Source of the DNA: a bacterium
GTDB taxonomy: Bacteria; Patescibacteriota; Patescibacteriia; Patescibacteriales; UBA12465
Direction: 5' to 3'
DNA: 64,000 nucleotides
Assembly (NCBI GenBank): GCA_035402825.1
Contig: DAONDZ010000005.1
Coordinates: 8,276 to 72,275 of the forward strand
Shown one piece after another: positions 7,397 to 16,628 of this stretch. Position numbers and translations under genes: made by a program. Under the pieces are notes generated by a model. That model saw nothing but the letters and a program-made list of their open reading frames with translations, did not search any database and was not told the DNA's origin. Each line of letters begins with the position of its first letter. The stretch's first letter is position 1.

Positions 7397-9040
7397 ATGA
7401 CAAATCAAAACAATAATATTAAATACTTTCTTTACGCAAGAAAGTCGTCCGAAAGTGAAGATAAGCAAGTGGCTTCTATTGATGCTCAAATTGATGAGCT
7501 CAAAAAAATATCTAAAGAAAATAATTTAGAGGTAGTTGAAATCCTATCAGAATCACAATCAGCCAAGAAGCCGGGACGCCCCGTCTTTAACTCAATGTTA
7601 GAAAGAATTTATAAAGGCGAAGCAACTGGTGTTTTATGCTGGAAAATTAATCGTTTAGCAAGAAACCCAATCGACGGCGGGAAAGTATCCTGGATGCTTC
7701 AGGAAGGCACTATTAAACACATACAAACCTTTGGTCGAAGTTATTACCCTAGTGATAATGTTTTAATGATGGCCGTTGAATTAGGAATGGCCAATCAATT
7801 TATTAAGGACCTAAGTGTCGACACAAAAAGAGGTTTAAGGGCTAAGGCTGAGCGTGGCTGGTATCCGACATTCACATCTTTAGGCTACAAACACAATCCA
7901 TTAAAGATAAAAGGAGAAAAAGAAATAGTTGATGATCCGGAAAAGTTTCATTTACTGAGAAAAATGTTTGACCTAATGCTAACTGGCCATTATCCAGTAA
8001 AAAAGATTCTTGATATTGCAACTAACGAATGGGGCTTGAGAAATAAAAAAAATAAAAAGGTTGCTATAAGCACCTTTTACAGAATTCTATCAGACCCCTT
8101 CTATTATGGTAACTTTGAATATCCTCAAGGCAGCGGAAATTGGTATAAAGGAAAACATAAACCAATGATTACTATAAATGAATTTGAGCGCATTCAAAAA
8201 CTATTAGGCAAAGAAACAAGTGCGCGTCCTCATAACAAAGAATTTGCTTTTACAGGATTAATGCGGTGTGGCGAATGCGGAGCTATTATAACTGCCGAAG
8301 CTAAAGTTAAAAGTTATAAGAATGGAAATATTCATAATTATACTTACTACCACTGCACAAAAAGAAAAAATCCGAATTGTTCTCAGAAATGCATTCGAGT
8401 AGAAACCTTAGAGAAACAAATAAGCGAAGAAATAAAACAAATATTTTTACCTAAAGAATTCTGTAGTTGGGCGCTAGAAGTTTTAAGCCGTGAAACCCGC
8501 GAAAACGGTCAAGATCGAGCCCAGCTCATATCTAAGCATAAAAAGGAATACGACGCTGTAGTGACCAAAATAAACGGTATAATAGACATGAGATCAGCTG
8601 GAGAGCTAACTGCCGAAGAATTTAATGAGCGTAAAATAGAGCTGAGCCGAGAAAAAGAGAAATTACAAGAACTTTTAAAGGATGTAGAAGAAAATGAAAA
8701 CAACTACACCGAAAAGGCGAACAGCCTTTTCCTTTTCGCAGAAAAGATTTGTGAAAAATTTATAAATGGAGATTTAAAGGACAAAGGAATAATACTTTCC
8801 TGCTTAGGTTCGAACCTCACATTAATCAACGGAAAATTGGAGATTTCATTGCAAAAACCACTAATACACATCAAAAATTTATCGCAAAATTTACACGCGA
8901 AAAATGAAGCGTTAGAACCAATGAAAAATGGCGAATATAAAAGAAAAACAGGCTCTTTCGAGTCTGCTTTTCCGATGTTGCTCCCGGGGTGGGATTCGAA
9001 CCCACGACCAATTGATTACACTTATCCACTAGTTTCCTAA
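7397..9040 (+). CDS. Large serine recombinase (integrase/transposase-type); C-terminal about 20 codons overlap tRNA exon 2 and the intron
   Basis: Resolvase-domain catalytic motif YARKSS near the N-terminus, a recombinase domain, a Cys-rich zinc ribbon (CGECG...C..C) and a coiled-coil C-terminus. The ORF reads through 8981-9040. Confidence 0.85.
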   Translation: MTNQNNNIKYFLYARKSSESEDKQVASIDAQIDELKKISKENNLEVVEILSESQSAKKPGRPVFNSMLERIYKGEATGVLCWKINRLARNPIDGGKVSWMLQEGTIKHIQTFGRSYYPSDNVLMMAVELGMANQFIKDLSVDTKRGLRAKAERGWYPTFTSLGYKHNPLKIKGEKEIVDDPEKFHLLRKMFDLMLTGHYPVKKILDIATNEWGLRNKKNKKVAISTFYRILSDPFYYGNFEYPQGSGNWYKGKHKPMITINEFERIQKLLGKETSARPHNKEFAFTGLMRCGECGAIITAEAKVKSYKNGNIHNYTYYHCTKRKNPNCSQKCIRVETLEKQISEEIKQIFLPKEFCSWALEVLSRETRENGQDRAQLISKHKKEYDAVVTKINGIIDMRSAGELTAEEFNERKIELSREKEKLQELLKDVEENENNYTEKANSLFLFAEKICEKFINGDLKDKGIILSCLGSNLTLINGKLEISLQKPLIHIKNLSQNLHAKNEALEPMKNGEYKRKTGSFESAFPMLLPGWDSNPRPIDYTYPLVS

Positions 9041-9575
9041 TGGGGTGGACTATATCATCGCCCATACAACATGGGCGCGAGGCGCTTCGAGCTATAACTT
9101 ATAGCCCTACTCCCTTTCGGGATAGTCTCTGAACCTTCCACACATAATCCTATGCGGGCTTGGCTGCTGATTACCATAATCTTTCGATCTTAGGCTTCCA
9201 GCAATTCACCTCGTTCTTCGATCTCAATTACTTGAGAAAGCTGCGTAATGCCTTCATGTACTTCGCGATGACAATTGGCACATAGGAGAACACATTTCTT
9301 TAGTTCTTCTGCTACGGACTTCCAGCTTCTGGTGTATCCTTTAGCAGAAATACCGAAATCTTTCTCCCCCGATTCAAGATGGTGAAACTCTAAAGCTTTT
9401 AGGCATCTATTGTAACCACAAATGATGCACTTTCCGCCTTTGTGTTCAACCGCCATCTGACGAATCTTTTTGCGTCTTTTGTCAACGGCCGCCTTCATAT
9501 ATTCGGCTCTATCGGCATATTTTCTCTTTTCTTTTCGCATATAAAATAGTTATAGCAAAATAAGAGAGTGCGTTC
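9019..9575 (-). mobile_element. Group I self-splicing intron (about 557 nt) with an embedded HNH homing-endonuclease ORF
   Basis: On the minus-strand RNA:
- Q-like AAUCAGCAGCC (about 9156-9166)
- R-like UUCAGAGACUAUC (9121-9133)
- S-like GAUAUAGUCC (about 9046-9056)
- P7 pairing GACUAU/AUAGUC
- terminal G before exon 2, and U before the 5' splice site. Confidence 0.8.
9190..9540 (-). CDS. HNH-family homing endonuclease encoded inside the group I intron
   Basis: 116 aa with a zinc-finger-like CIICGYNRC...HH and a HNH-like CANCHREVH motif. Confidence 0.65.
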   Translation of the reverse strand: MRKEKRKYADRAEYMKAAVDKRRKKIRQMAVEHKGGKCIICGYNRCLKALEFHHLESGEKDFGISAKGYTRSWKSVAEELKKCVLLCANCHREVHEGITQLSQVIEIEERGELLEA

Positions 9576-9636
9576 ACAGTCAACTGCGCTACCGCTGCGC
9601 TACCCGGGAATATATTAAATTTTCAAAACATAAGCT

Positions 9637-9665
9637 ATAATATCGCAAAAAACCGCGGCTGTCAA
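9637..9665 (-). promoter_or_regulatory. Sigma70-like promoter for the intron-containing tRNA (TTGACA-17-TATTAT on the minus strand)
   Basis: Reverse complement of 9660-9665 is TTGACA and of 9637-9642 is TATTAT, with a 17-nt spacer. The tRNA 5' end lies about 28 nt downstream. Confidence 0.45.
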
Positions 9666-10940
9666 TTAGTAATCCCGCAGTTTCTCCAAGCCCTTCAGCT
9701 TTCTAATCTTCTCCAAAGCCTTGGCCTCAATCTGCCTAATTCTTTCTCTGGTCACCTCAAACTCCTGCCCCACCTCTTCCAAGGTATGAGCCACGCCGTC
9801 CACTAAACCAAAGCGCATTTCCAGAATCTTCTGTTCGCGCGGAGAAAGGTTAATAATAATTTCTTTGACGTAGTCTTTCAAAAGCTGCAAAGCGGCCGAT
9901 CTATCCGGAGTTTCATTCTTCACATCCTCAATGAAGTCTTCTAAGGTGGAATTATCTTCATCGTCGCCAATAGTGGTTTCTAGGGATATGGTATCTTGGG
10001 AAATCTTGATGATGTATCGCACCTTCTCTAGCTCTTCTCCCATTTCCGCGGCCACTTCTTCCGGCAACGGTTCGCGGCCTAATTCCTGAATCAAGAATCT
10101 CTGGACCTGCTGGAATTTGTTAATAGTCTCCACCATATGAACCGGGATGCGAATAGTGCGGGATTGATCGGCTAAAGCACGAGTAATGGCCTGGCGAATC
10201 CACCAGGTGGCATAGGTGGAGAATTTAAAACCCTTGCGGTGTTCAAACTTCTCCACGGCTCTAAATAGTCCGATATTGCCCTCTTGAATCAAATCTAATA
10301 GTCCCAATCCTTTGGCGCTGGCAAACTTCTTGGCAATGGATACCACCAAGCGCAAGTTGGCTTCAATAATCTTTCTCTCGGCTTCCTTGTCTCCCTTTTC
10401 TTTCCGTTTCGCCAATTCCACTTCTTCTTCGGAATTCAAAAGCGGAATCTTGCCGATTTCTTTTAAATACATCTGAATGGAATCAGCGCTTAGTTTGGTT
10501 AAATCCAAACCGAAAGTCGGAGTCTTAGTTTTGGAGGGCATATCAGTATTCTGTCCCAAAACGTTGCCGGAGTCTTCAATTATTCTGACACCCGCTTCCT
10601 GCAGCTTGCCCAAGAAAATATCATATTCAAAAACATATTCTTCCAATTCCGGAAATAAGTATAATAATTCGGTCTCAGTGACAAAACCCCGAGTCCGTCC
10701 TTTGTTGATGACATTCTGCATTTTCTCTTCGGTCGGTTTAATCACTTCCCGCGGTTCAATTTTAAAAACTTTTTTAACCTTCACGGCCTTCTCTTTTTTC
10801 GCTTCAATCTTTTTCTTTGGAACAACCTTAACCACAGCCTTAGCTTTGGCCTTTGTTTTAATCATGGGTTTTTTGGCCACAGCCTTTTTAGCCGGTTTCT
10901 TCTTGACCGTTATTTTTTTAGTATTTTTTTTAACTTTCAT
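9666..10940 (-). CDS. rpoD: RNA polymerase primary sigma factor (sigma-70 family) with an unusual about 70-aa lysine-rich N-terminal tail
   Basis: Regions 2-4 are recognisable (…[10 protein letters not shown]…, …[14 protein letters not shown]… and C-terminal [23 protein letters not shown]). The N-terminus is KK-rich instead of acidic region 1.1. Confidence 0.85.
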   Translation of the reverse strand: MKVKKNTKKITVKKKPAKKAVAKKPMIKTKAKAKAVVKVVPKKKIEAKKEKAVKVKKVFKIEPREVIKPTEEKMQNVINKGRTRGFVTETELLYLFPELEEYVFEYDIFLGKLQEAGVRIIEDSGNVLGQNTDMPSKTKTPTFGLDLTKLSADSIQMYLKEIGKIPLLNSEEEVELAKRKEKGDKEAERKIIEANLRLVVSIAKKFASAKGLGLLDLIQEGNIGLFRAVEKFEHRKGFKFSTYATWWIRQAITRALADQSRTIRIPVHMVETINKFQQVQRFLIQELGREPLPEEVAAEMGEELEKVRYIIKISQDTISLETTIGDDEDNSTLEDFIEDVKNETPDRSAALQLLKDYVKEIIINLSPREQKILEMRFGLVDGVAHTLEEVGQEFEVTRERIRQIEAKALEKIRKLKGLEKLRDY

Positions 10941-10942
10941 AT

Positions 10943-12736
10943 TTAGAGATTTAATTCTTTCATTTTAGCGGACAGCTCCTTCATCTCCTCCATCAACTTG
11001 ACGGTATCCAGATCATCCTGGGCTTCCTCCGAACGGCTCAAAAGAGCCTCTATTTGCCCCATCCTTTTCTTATAGCAATCATGCTTTAGTCCGACCACTA
11101 GTTTAATGATTTCTGACTTAATAGTCAAGGCATCGGATTCGGCAAAATCTTTGTCGGACAACAGGGACAAAGTGTCTAATAATGCTAACTGTTCTTCGCC
11201 TTGAGAGGCTAAAGCCTCTTTTAGGCCGGGATAGTCTAATCCCTGCTTAGTATTATAATAGATTATTAAAGCATTGTAAAACGCGCGTAAGGAGTCATTG
11301 GGTAAATGTTCCGGCAAAAGATTATTCACCGCGTAATCTAAAAATTGCGGCTCTTTAAGAATCAAAGATAAAAGTAGTTCCGCCATTTTTTCATCGCGGT
11401 TTTTTTCCAAAACCACTTCATATTCCGCGCTCACCACCGGCTTGTCCTCCTTAATATTTTTCCTTATATTAGCCAATTCTTCCCGAATCATTGTCTCTTC
11501 AGAATTAGTCTTGGCCGCCAATCTCTTCAACCAATGATCGGCTTCAATATTATTTTTCACCTTAGAAATCATGGTGAGCATCTTGGGAATGATTAATCGC
11601 TTCTGACTGACATCGCTCAAATCCACCCCGGCGGTAATCTTGTCAAAATAATATTCCAAAACCGGCTTAGCGGCTTCCACCGCTTGGCGCCACTCTTCCG
11701 GATTATGCCGCAGACATTCATCCGGGTCTTTGCCTTGAGGAATGATGATAATCTTCACATTCATTTCTTGAGCTAGAGCCTCCACAATTCCCCTGTCAGC
11801 AGCAATTTGCCCGGCGGCATCGGCATCAAAGGCTAGGGCTAGGTTGTTGGTATAGCGCTTCAAAAGCTTCACCTGCCCAAAGGTCAAAGCGGTGCCCGAT
11901 GAGGCCACGGTATTCTTGAAACCGCGGGATTGCGAAGTGATAGCATCCATTTGCCCTTCCACCACTATGGCTAAGTCCTGATCTTTGATTTCCCGTCGCG
12001 CTTTGTCCAGCCCGAAAAGCACCCGACTTTTGTCATAGACAGCGGTTTGCGGAGTGTTAATATATTTGCCCATCTTTTCCATTTCCGGATTGACAGTTTG
12101 CGGATTAACGCGCGCGGTGAAACCTACGGTCAAACCGGCAGCGTCATTAATCGGGAACATGATTCTATCCCGAAAACGGTTAAAGTATCTTCCCGCCCCT
12201 TCTTTCTTCTGAGACAAGCCGGAAAGAAAGATGTCTTCATCGCTATACCCTTTTTTCTTGAGATGATTAATTAAATCGTCAAAACTATTAGGACTATACC
12301 CCACCTGCCATTCCTTAACCGATTTCTCATCCAATCCCCTTCCCTTGAGATAGTTTTTGATATTGTTGTTGCCTAACATCTGGCGTTGATAGAACTCCTT
12401 GGCGGCGGATAAAACATCAATTAGCTTGTTGCGCTTAGAGCTGTCTTCCCAATCATTTTTTTGTAGTGTCACCCCGGCCTTGTGAGCTAATTGTTTGAGC
12501 GCCTCCACAAAATTCAGCCCCTCCATTTCCATGACAAAGCCGAAGATGTCGCCGCCTTTTTGGCAACCGAAACAATGCCAAATTTGTTTCTCCGGCGAAA
12601 CCATGAAAGACGGCGTCTTCTCATGATGGAACGGACACAAAGCCCGCAAGTTAGAACCAGCGGGCCGGAGGTTGATATATTCTCCCAGGACTTCGGTAAT
12701 ATCCAATTTTGATTTTATCTCTTCTAAGGGGTTCAT
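10943..12736 (-). CDS. dnaG: DNA primase DnaG
   Basis: N-terminal zinc-binding [11 protein letters not shown]...CFGC, a TOPRIM region (EG..D) and the dnaG-rpoD arrangement. Confidence 0.85.
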   Translation of the reverse strand: MNPLEEIKSKLDITEVLGEYINLRPAGSNLRALCPFHHEKTPSFMVSPEKQIWHCFGCQKGGDIFGFVMEMEGLNFVEALKQLAHKAGVTLQKNDWEDSSKRNKLIDVLSAAKEFYQRQMLGNNNIKNYLKGRGLDEKSVKEWQVGYSPNSFDDLINHLKKKGYSDEDIFLSGLSQKKEGAGRYFNRFRDRIMFPINDAAGLTVGFTARVNPQTVNPEMEKMGKYINTPQTAVYDKSRVLFGLDKARREIKDQDLAIVVEGQMDAITSQSRGFKNTVASSGTALTFGQVKLLKRYTNNLALAFDADAAGQIAADRGIVEALAQEMNVKIIIIPQGKDPDECLRHNPEEWRQAVEAAKPVLEYYFDKITAGVDLSDVSQKRLIIPKMLTMISKVKNNIEADHWLKRLAAKTNSEETMIREELANIRKNIKEDKPVVSAEYEVVLEKNRDEKMAELLLSLILKEPQFLDYAVNNLLPEHLPNDSLRAFYNALIIYYNTKQGLDYPGLKEALASQGEEQLALLDTLSLLSDKDFAESDALTIKSEIIKLVVGLKHDCYKKRMGQIEALLSRSEEAQDDLDTVKLMEEMKELSAKMKELNL

Positions 12737-13041
12737 AGGGTGAATAATAATAAAGACTTGAGGCGCTCCACCTCTTGCGACACTACTTCACTGTCATATT
12801 CCGCATTGTGCATATGAGAGCCTTCATAGCTAGCCTGTTTCTGATCCAGGTGAAGACTAAAGACCCAATTGTCGCCGCCCTCTTCCACGTATAAATGGAT
12901 TCGGGGATAGAAATTCTGTCCCAGACGGCGGACAAAACTTTGCACGCCGCGACGGCGGTCAAAAATCAAACCATAGCCGGCATGGCGCAACCAAGATTCC
13001 GGGTTTTCGCTTAATGAATTTTTCGGGATGGTAATTTTCAT
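12733..13041 (-). CDS. Hypothetical protein (translationally coupled between the GtrA-like gene and dnaG)
   Basis: 102-aa ORF with 4-nt overlaps on both sides. Confidence 0.4.
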   Translation of the reverse strand: MKITIPKNSLSENPESWLRHAGYGLIFDRRRGVQSFVRRLGQNFYPRIHLYVEEGGDNWVFSLHLDQKQASYEGSHMHNAEYDSEVVSQEVERLKSLLLFTL

Positions 13042-13526
13042 AAACCAGGATTAACTTCCGCCTTATCTTTTTTTCTAAAAACGATAAATTTGTAAGCCAC
13101 AAAGCTTTCCAAGCCAATCAAGATACTCACTATTAACTGGGACCAAAGATAATGGACTTGCCAGCGATTAACAAAGATATGCATTAAGTAGCCGTTTAGG
13201 TTCAAGTTGATAAAAGCAATCACTATATAAATACAAATTTGACTCCAAACCCGATGCTGGTCTTGGTTATTAAAAGTCCAGAACTTCTGTAAATAAAAGC
13301 TGACCCAGAAAGACAGGATATAGGCAATGGAGGTGGAAACGATGACATTGATGTTAAGCAAGCCATGGCAGATGTACAGGACACCCAAATCTACTCCGCC
13401 AGCGATACCGCCGCTCATCACGAATTTCACTAAAGATTTATGCCGGTGCAGAATACTATAAATCCGAGGATAACGATGATACCCCCAAGCCTTAATCCGG
13501 CAGAAAAAGTGTAAAAATATCTTCAT
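13038..13526 (-). CDS. GtrA-family membrane protein (the true start is possibly the internal Met at about 13421)
   Basis: MSGGIAGGVDLGVLY... is a GtrA-like N-terminal motif with 3-4 TM helices; the N-terminal 35 aa are probably over-extension. Confidence 0.5.
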   Translation of the reverse strand: MKIFLHFFCRIKAWGYHRYPRIYSILHRHKSLVKFVMSGGIAGGVDLGVLYICHGLLNINVIVSTSIAYILSFWVSFYLQKFWTFNNQDQHRVWSQICIYIVIAFINLNLNGYLMHIFVNRWQVHYLWSQLIVSILIGLESFVAYKFIVFRKKDKAEVNPGL

Positions 13527-13535
13527 AATAATAAA

Positions 13536-14414
13536 TTACCATTTAAAATAGCGATAGGCAAATCGGGCCAACTTGGCCGTCTCGCTGAACCTATCCGCTT
13601 CGCTTTCCGCCCCTAAAACCACAGAAATAGTGGTATGCCCTGCACTATCGCTGAACTTAGCGGCCAGGCAATAGCCAGCGACATCGGTATGGCCGGTCTT
13701 GCCGCCGATAATCTGCATGCCGGTTTCCGAAAAGCTGTTTAACAAATAATTAGTGGAAGAAAACTTCTTTTTCTCGCCGCTGACGGTACTGAACTCTATC
13801 TCCGGACTAGCTACCGCTCGGGCGATTTCTAAATTATCTAAAGCCGCCTTAGTCAATTTGGCTACCTCCAAGGCATTGGACATATTCTTTTCTAAACCAA
13901 TAGGGTCAATGAAATTGGTTTGGCTTAATCCCAAATCCAAAGCTTTGCGGTTCATGGCTTTAACAAAATCCGCTCGGCTCAATCCGGTAGCTGAAGTTAA
14001 AGCCGCCGCGGCGGTATTGTCCGAGCCCACCAGCATCGCCGAGAATAAATCCCTGACTTTCACCTTTTCTCCTAAATACAATTTGCCGCCAGTCTCCAAA
14101 TCGGTGCTTTTGATTTCATAGACACTGTCCCAACCCGGATTATGTTCCAAAAATACTAAAGCCGTCATCAGCTTAGTGATGCTGGCGATGGCGTGCTGTT
14201 CATTAGCTCTTTGAGAAAAGATAGCGCTCTGACTTCTGATATCCCACACCACGGCCGCATCAGCATTGATAATCATCAGCGGCGCCTCAGCCGATAATTG
14301 CGGTTTCTGGTTATTAGCCTCTTTCTCAACAATTGCTTCTAAAGACGGCGGCGTGGAGGCAAAATTAATCCCAGATAAAAAGAGCATGACAATTTTCACG
14401 ATATATATGAACAT
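13536..14414 (-). CDS. D-alanyl-D-alanine carboxypeptidase (PBP5/6-like, S11 peptidase)
   Basis: Signal peptide, then SxxK (ASITKLM), SGN-like (VGSDN) and KTG (GGKTGHT) motifs. Confidence 0.75.
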   Translation of the reverse strand: MFIYIVKIVMLFLSGINFASTPPSLEAIVEKEANNQKPQLSAEAPLMIINADAAVVWDIRSQSAIFSQRANEQHAIASITKLMTALVFLEHNPGWDSVYEIKSTDLETGGKLYLGEKVKVRDLFSAMLVGSDNTAAAALTSATGLSRADFVKAMNRKALDLGLSQTNFIDPIGLEKNMSNALEVAKLTKAALDNLEIARAVASPEIEFSTVSGEKKKFSSTNYLLNSFSETGMQIIGGKTGHTDVAGYCLAAKFSDSAGHTTISVVLGAESEADRFSETAKLARFAYRYFKW

Positions 14415-14417
14415 AGG

Positions 14418-15020
14418 TTAGATAGTTTCGGCAGCCGCCCTTTCAATTAATTGATCAATACTCTCATCTTGATGCAGTTTTTCGTAGTCCGGCAATTCTT
14501 CTACTCGATTAACCCCTAAATGGCGAATGAAGTCCAAGGAAACCTGATAATAGTTCTCCCCTTTCTCCTTGTCGGCTTCTTCCTCAATTAAGCCACGCAA
14601 TAATAGATTGCGTAAAATCAAAGCGCAATTGACGCCTCTAATCCGATCCAAGTCTATCTTGGCAATCGGACCGCGATAAGCAATGATAGTCAGAGTCTCC
14701 AAGCTAGGGCGAGACAATTCCCCGCTCATTTCAGCCTGTAAAAACTCGCGCACTACGCCAGCTGTTTCCGCCGAGGTCACCAATTGATATTTGTGGCCGC
14801 TTTTGATTAATTGCAAACCGCCAGATCGAGATTGATAATCTAAAATCATCTGTTCTAAAACAGTTTCAATTTCAGCCTCTTTAGCTTTTAATAAGTCGGC
14901 CAATTCTTTGACGGCCAAAGGTTTGTTAGCCACGAACAGGACGGCTTCCAGGGCGGCTGGGTAGTTTTTCATATTATAATTTATTAATAATAATCTCGCG
15001 GAATAAATCTTCTTGCTCAA
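14418..15020 (-). CDS. scpB: Segregation and condensation protein B (ScpB)
   Basis: ScpB-like winged-helix repeats (LEAVLFVANKPLAVKELADLL); overlaps the scpA end. Confidence 0.7.
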   Translation of the reverse strand: MSKKIYSARLLLINYNMKNYPAALEAVLFVANKPLAVKELADLLKAKEAEIETVLEQMILDYQSRSGGLQLIKSGHKYQLVTSAETAGVVREFLQAEMSGELSRPSLETLTIIAYRGPIAKIDLDRIRGVNCALILRNLLLRGLIEEEADKEKGENYYQVSLDFIRHLGVNRVEELPDYEKLHQDESIDQLIERAAAETI

Positions 15021-15693
15021 ATCTCAATTCCCGCTGTTTGGCTAATTCCAAGACTGCTAAAAAATTCACGATGATTTCCGTTTTAGATTGAGCGGCGGCG
15101 ATAATGTGGGAAAAATTGAAACGAATCTTTTCCAAGAGAGCCTGCTGGATATAAGCGATGCGCTCTTCAATACTAATCTTGTATTCCATCTTCTCTTCTT
15201 TCAGCTCTTCCTCCTCATTAGCAATCATGCCCAAGAGATATTGAAATTGCTCGCGGAGCTTCTCCTTGGTTAATCCTTTAGGCGGCGAAAAACTAGCTTC
15301 TAAAAACACCTTGCGCCGCTTGCCGCTTTTGCCATAGTCGCGCATGAACAGGAATTGTTTCTTGGCTAAGCGTTTCTCTATCACCCCGGCCGCCTCCAAA
15401 AACTCCTTGTACATCTTTAACTGCCTGGTTAAGTCCTCCACATCCTCATCCTCTTCCGGAGTGGCTAGATATGGCAACAAGGCTTTAGATTTGATATAGA
15501 GCAATTTGGCGGCCACCACCAAAAAATCAGCCACTTGCTCCGGATTGATGCTCTGGGCTGATTTAATATAGGCCACATACTCGTCGGCTATTTTAGCTAA
15601 AGATATTTCGGTAATATCAAGCTCCTCCTTCTCGATTAAAGAAAGCAGCAAATCCAGCGGACCGTTAAATTTTTCCGTTTGAAACTCCATCAT
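14974..15693 (-). CDS. scpA: Segregation and condensation protein A (ScpA)
   Basis: N-terminal FNGPLDLLLSLIEKEELDITEISLAKI typical of ScpA. Confidence 0.8.
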   Translation of the reverse strand: MMEFQTEKFNGPLDLLLSLIEKEELDITEISLAKIADEYVAYIKSAQSINPEQVADFLVVAAKLLYIKSKALLPYLATPEEDEDVEDLTRQLKMYKEFLEAAGVIEKRLAKKQFLFMRDYGKSGKRRKVFLEASFSPPKGLTKEKLREQFQYLLGMIANEEEELKEEKMEYKISIEERIAYIQQALLEKIRFNFSHIIAAAQSKTEIIVNFLAVLELAKQRELRFEQEDLFREIIINKL

Positions 15694-15695
15694 AA

Positions 15696-16613
15696 TTATT
15701 TCACTCCCGGTTTCACGTCAGCCCAGAGGTTGCCCTGAAAACAATAGTTTCCGGCGCTATGATAGCCCGATCCGGACATCGGATAGCTGGATTGATCGCC
15801 GTTGTTATTTCGGTTGTCAGTTCTAAATTGAGCGCAAAGCTCAAACTCCTTCTCGCCTTTTTTCTTATATTTAATCTCCGTTTTAGTTTCCGGATCGATT
15901 AATTGGCCCGGACTAATATTGAAGAACTTATCTGCCTGGAGTTCTGCCAAGTCATTAGGCAACCGCTTATTACGCTCGTAATAAGTATTGATGTAGCTTT
16001 CTAGATTATAGACATTATTAGTTAAAATCTGATCCAAGCGCTTATCCCGAGCCACCCGCGGCGAATCAACTAAGAAGAAGGCGCTGATGAAAGCAGCTAC
16101 CACGATAGCCAGGGAGGCGCAGAAATAAATTCGCACCACCAGCTTCAAAGCGCCGGCATCCTTGCGGCGAATTTCTTGAAAATAGAAAGAGAAAACTATC
16201 GCTCCCAAAATCAAGACAGAGATAATCTTCAAAGCGGAACGCCAAGTGGCTTCTCCGGATAGGAAATTATTCACTAGCGCGATCAAAGCGCCAATAGCCA
16301 CCAAGGAAGAAACTAAGAGAATAAAATAGGTCAACCAACGGCGCACTGGAGAATCCAGGCTTAATTCCTTCTTCTTGATTCCCCGTCTAATCAAACTAGA
16401 GATAACATAAAACAACGGCGCGGCAATCAGCAGAGCGGAAATAGCAAAACGCAAAGCCTCGCTAGACACAATGGATGAAGAAGCATTCAAAGCGTCCACC
16501 AGATACTTGTTAATCAACTGAAAAGAAACAATGCCCACGGAGACAGCCATGAAGATCAAAGCTAACAGCGAGAGCAAGTAATAAAAAGCATACTTGGCGT
16601 TGTGTTGATTCAT
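15696..16613 (-). CDS. Polytopic membrane protein, hypothetical
   Basis: Several hydrophobic helices followed by a soluble C-terminal domain with Cys residues. Confidence 0.45.
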   Translation of the reverse strand: MNQHNAKYAFYYLLSLLALIFMAVSVGIVSFQLINKYLVDALNASSSIVSSEALRFAISALLIAAPLFYVISSLIRRGIKKKELSLDSPVRRWLTYFILLVSSLVAIGALIALVNNFLSGEATWRSALKIISVLILGAIVFSFYFQEIRRKDAGALKLVVRIYFCASLAIVVAAFISAFFLVDSPRVARDKRLDQILTNNVYNLESYINTYYERNKRLPNDLAELQADKFFNISPGQLIDPETKTEIKYKKKGEKEFELCAQFRTDNRNNNGDQSSYPMSGSGYHSAGNYCFQGNLWADVKPGVK

Positions 16614-16628
16614 ATTTTTAAATATTAA

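Larger units (their letters stand above)
8981..9609 (-). tRNA. tRNA with a group I intron in the anticodon loop. Most likely tRNA-Asn(GUU), with exon 1 at 9576..9609 and exon 2 at 8981..9018; the alternative reading is tRNA-Thr(UGU) with boundaries shifted by 2 nt. CCA is not encoded
   Basis: Hand-folded cloverleaf:
- acceptor UCCCGGG/CCCGGGA, all Watson-Crick
- U8 A9
- D-arm GCGC-AGCGGUA-GCGC
- anticodon stem GUUGA/UCAAU
- variable loop UGGUC
- T-arm GUGGG-UUCGAAU-CCCAC
- discriminator G73
The spliced loop CUGU|UAA matches the Asn identity set, with U1-A72 and G73. Confidence 0.75.

Noticed and set aside
8981-9060. Isolated tRNA 3' fragment (T-arm plus acceptor) first read as an attR remnant, or as the 3' end of a tmRNA
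   Set aside because: The adjacent upstream sequence does not fold as tRNA or tmRNA. The matching 5' half, with perfectly complementary acceptor strand and D-arm, lies at 9576-9609, with group I core motifs in between. A split tRNA gene explains the data better than an att remnant or a tmRNA.
8509-9065. Small minus-strand ORFs 8509..8703 and 8871..9065
   Set aside because: Antisense to the recombinase gene, tRNA exon and intron; low-complexity Ser-rich translation; no independent support.
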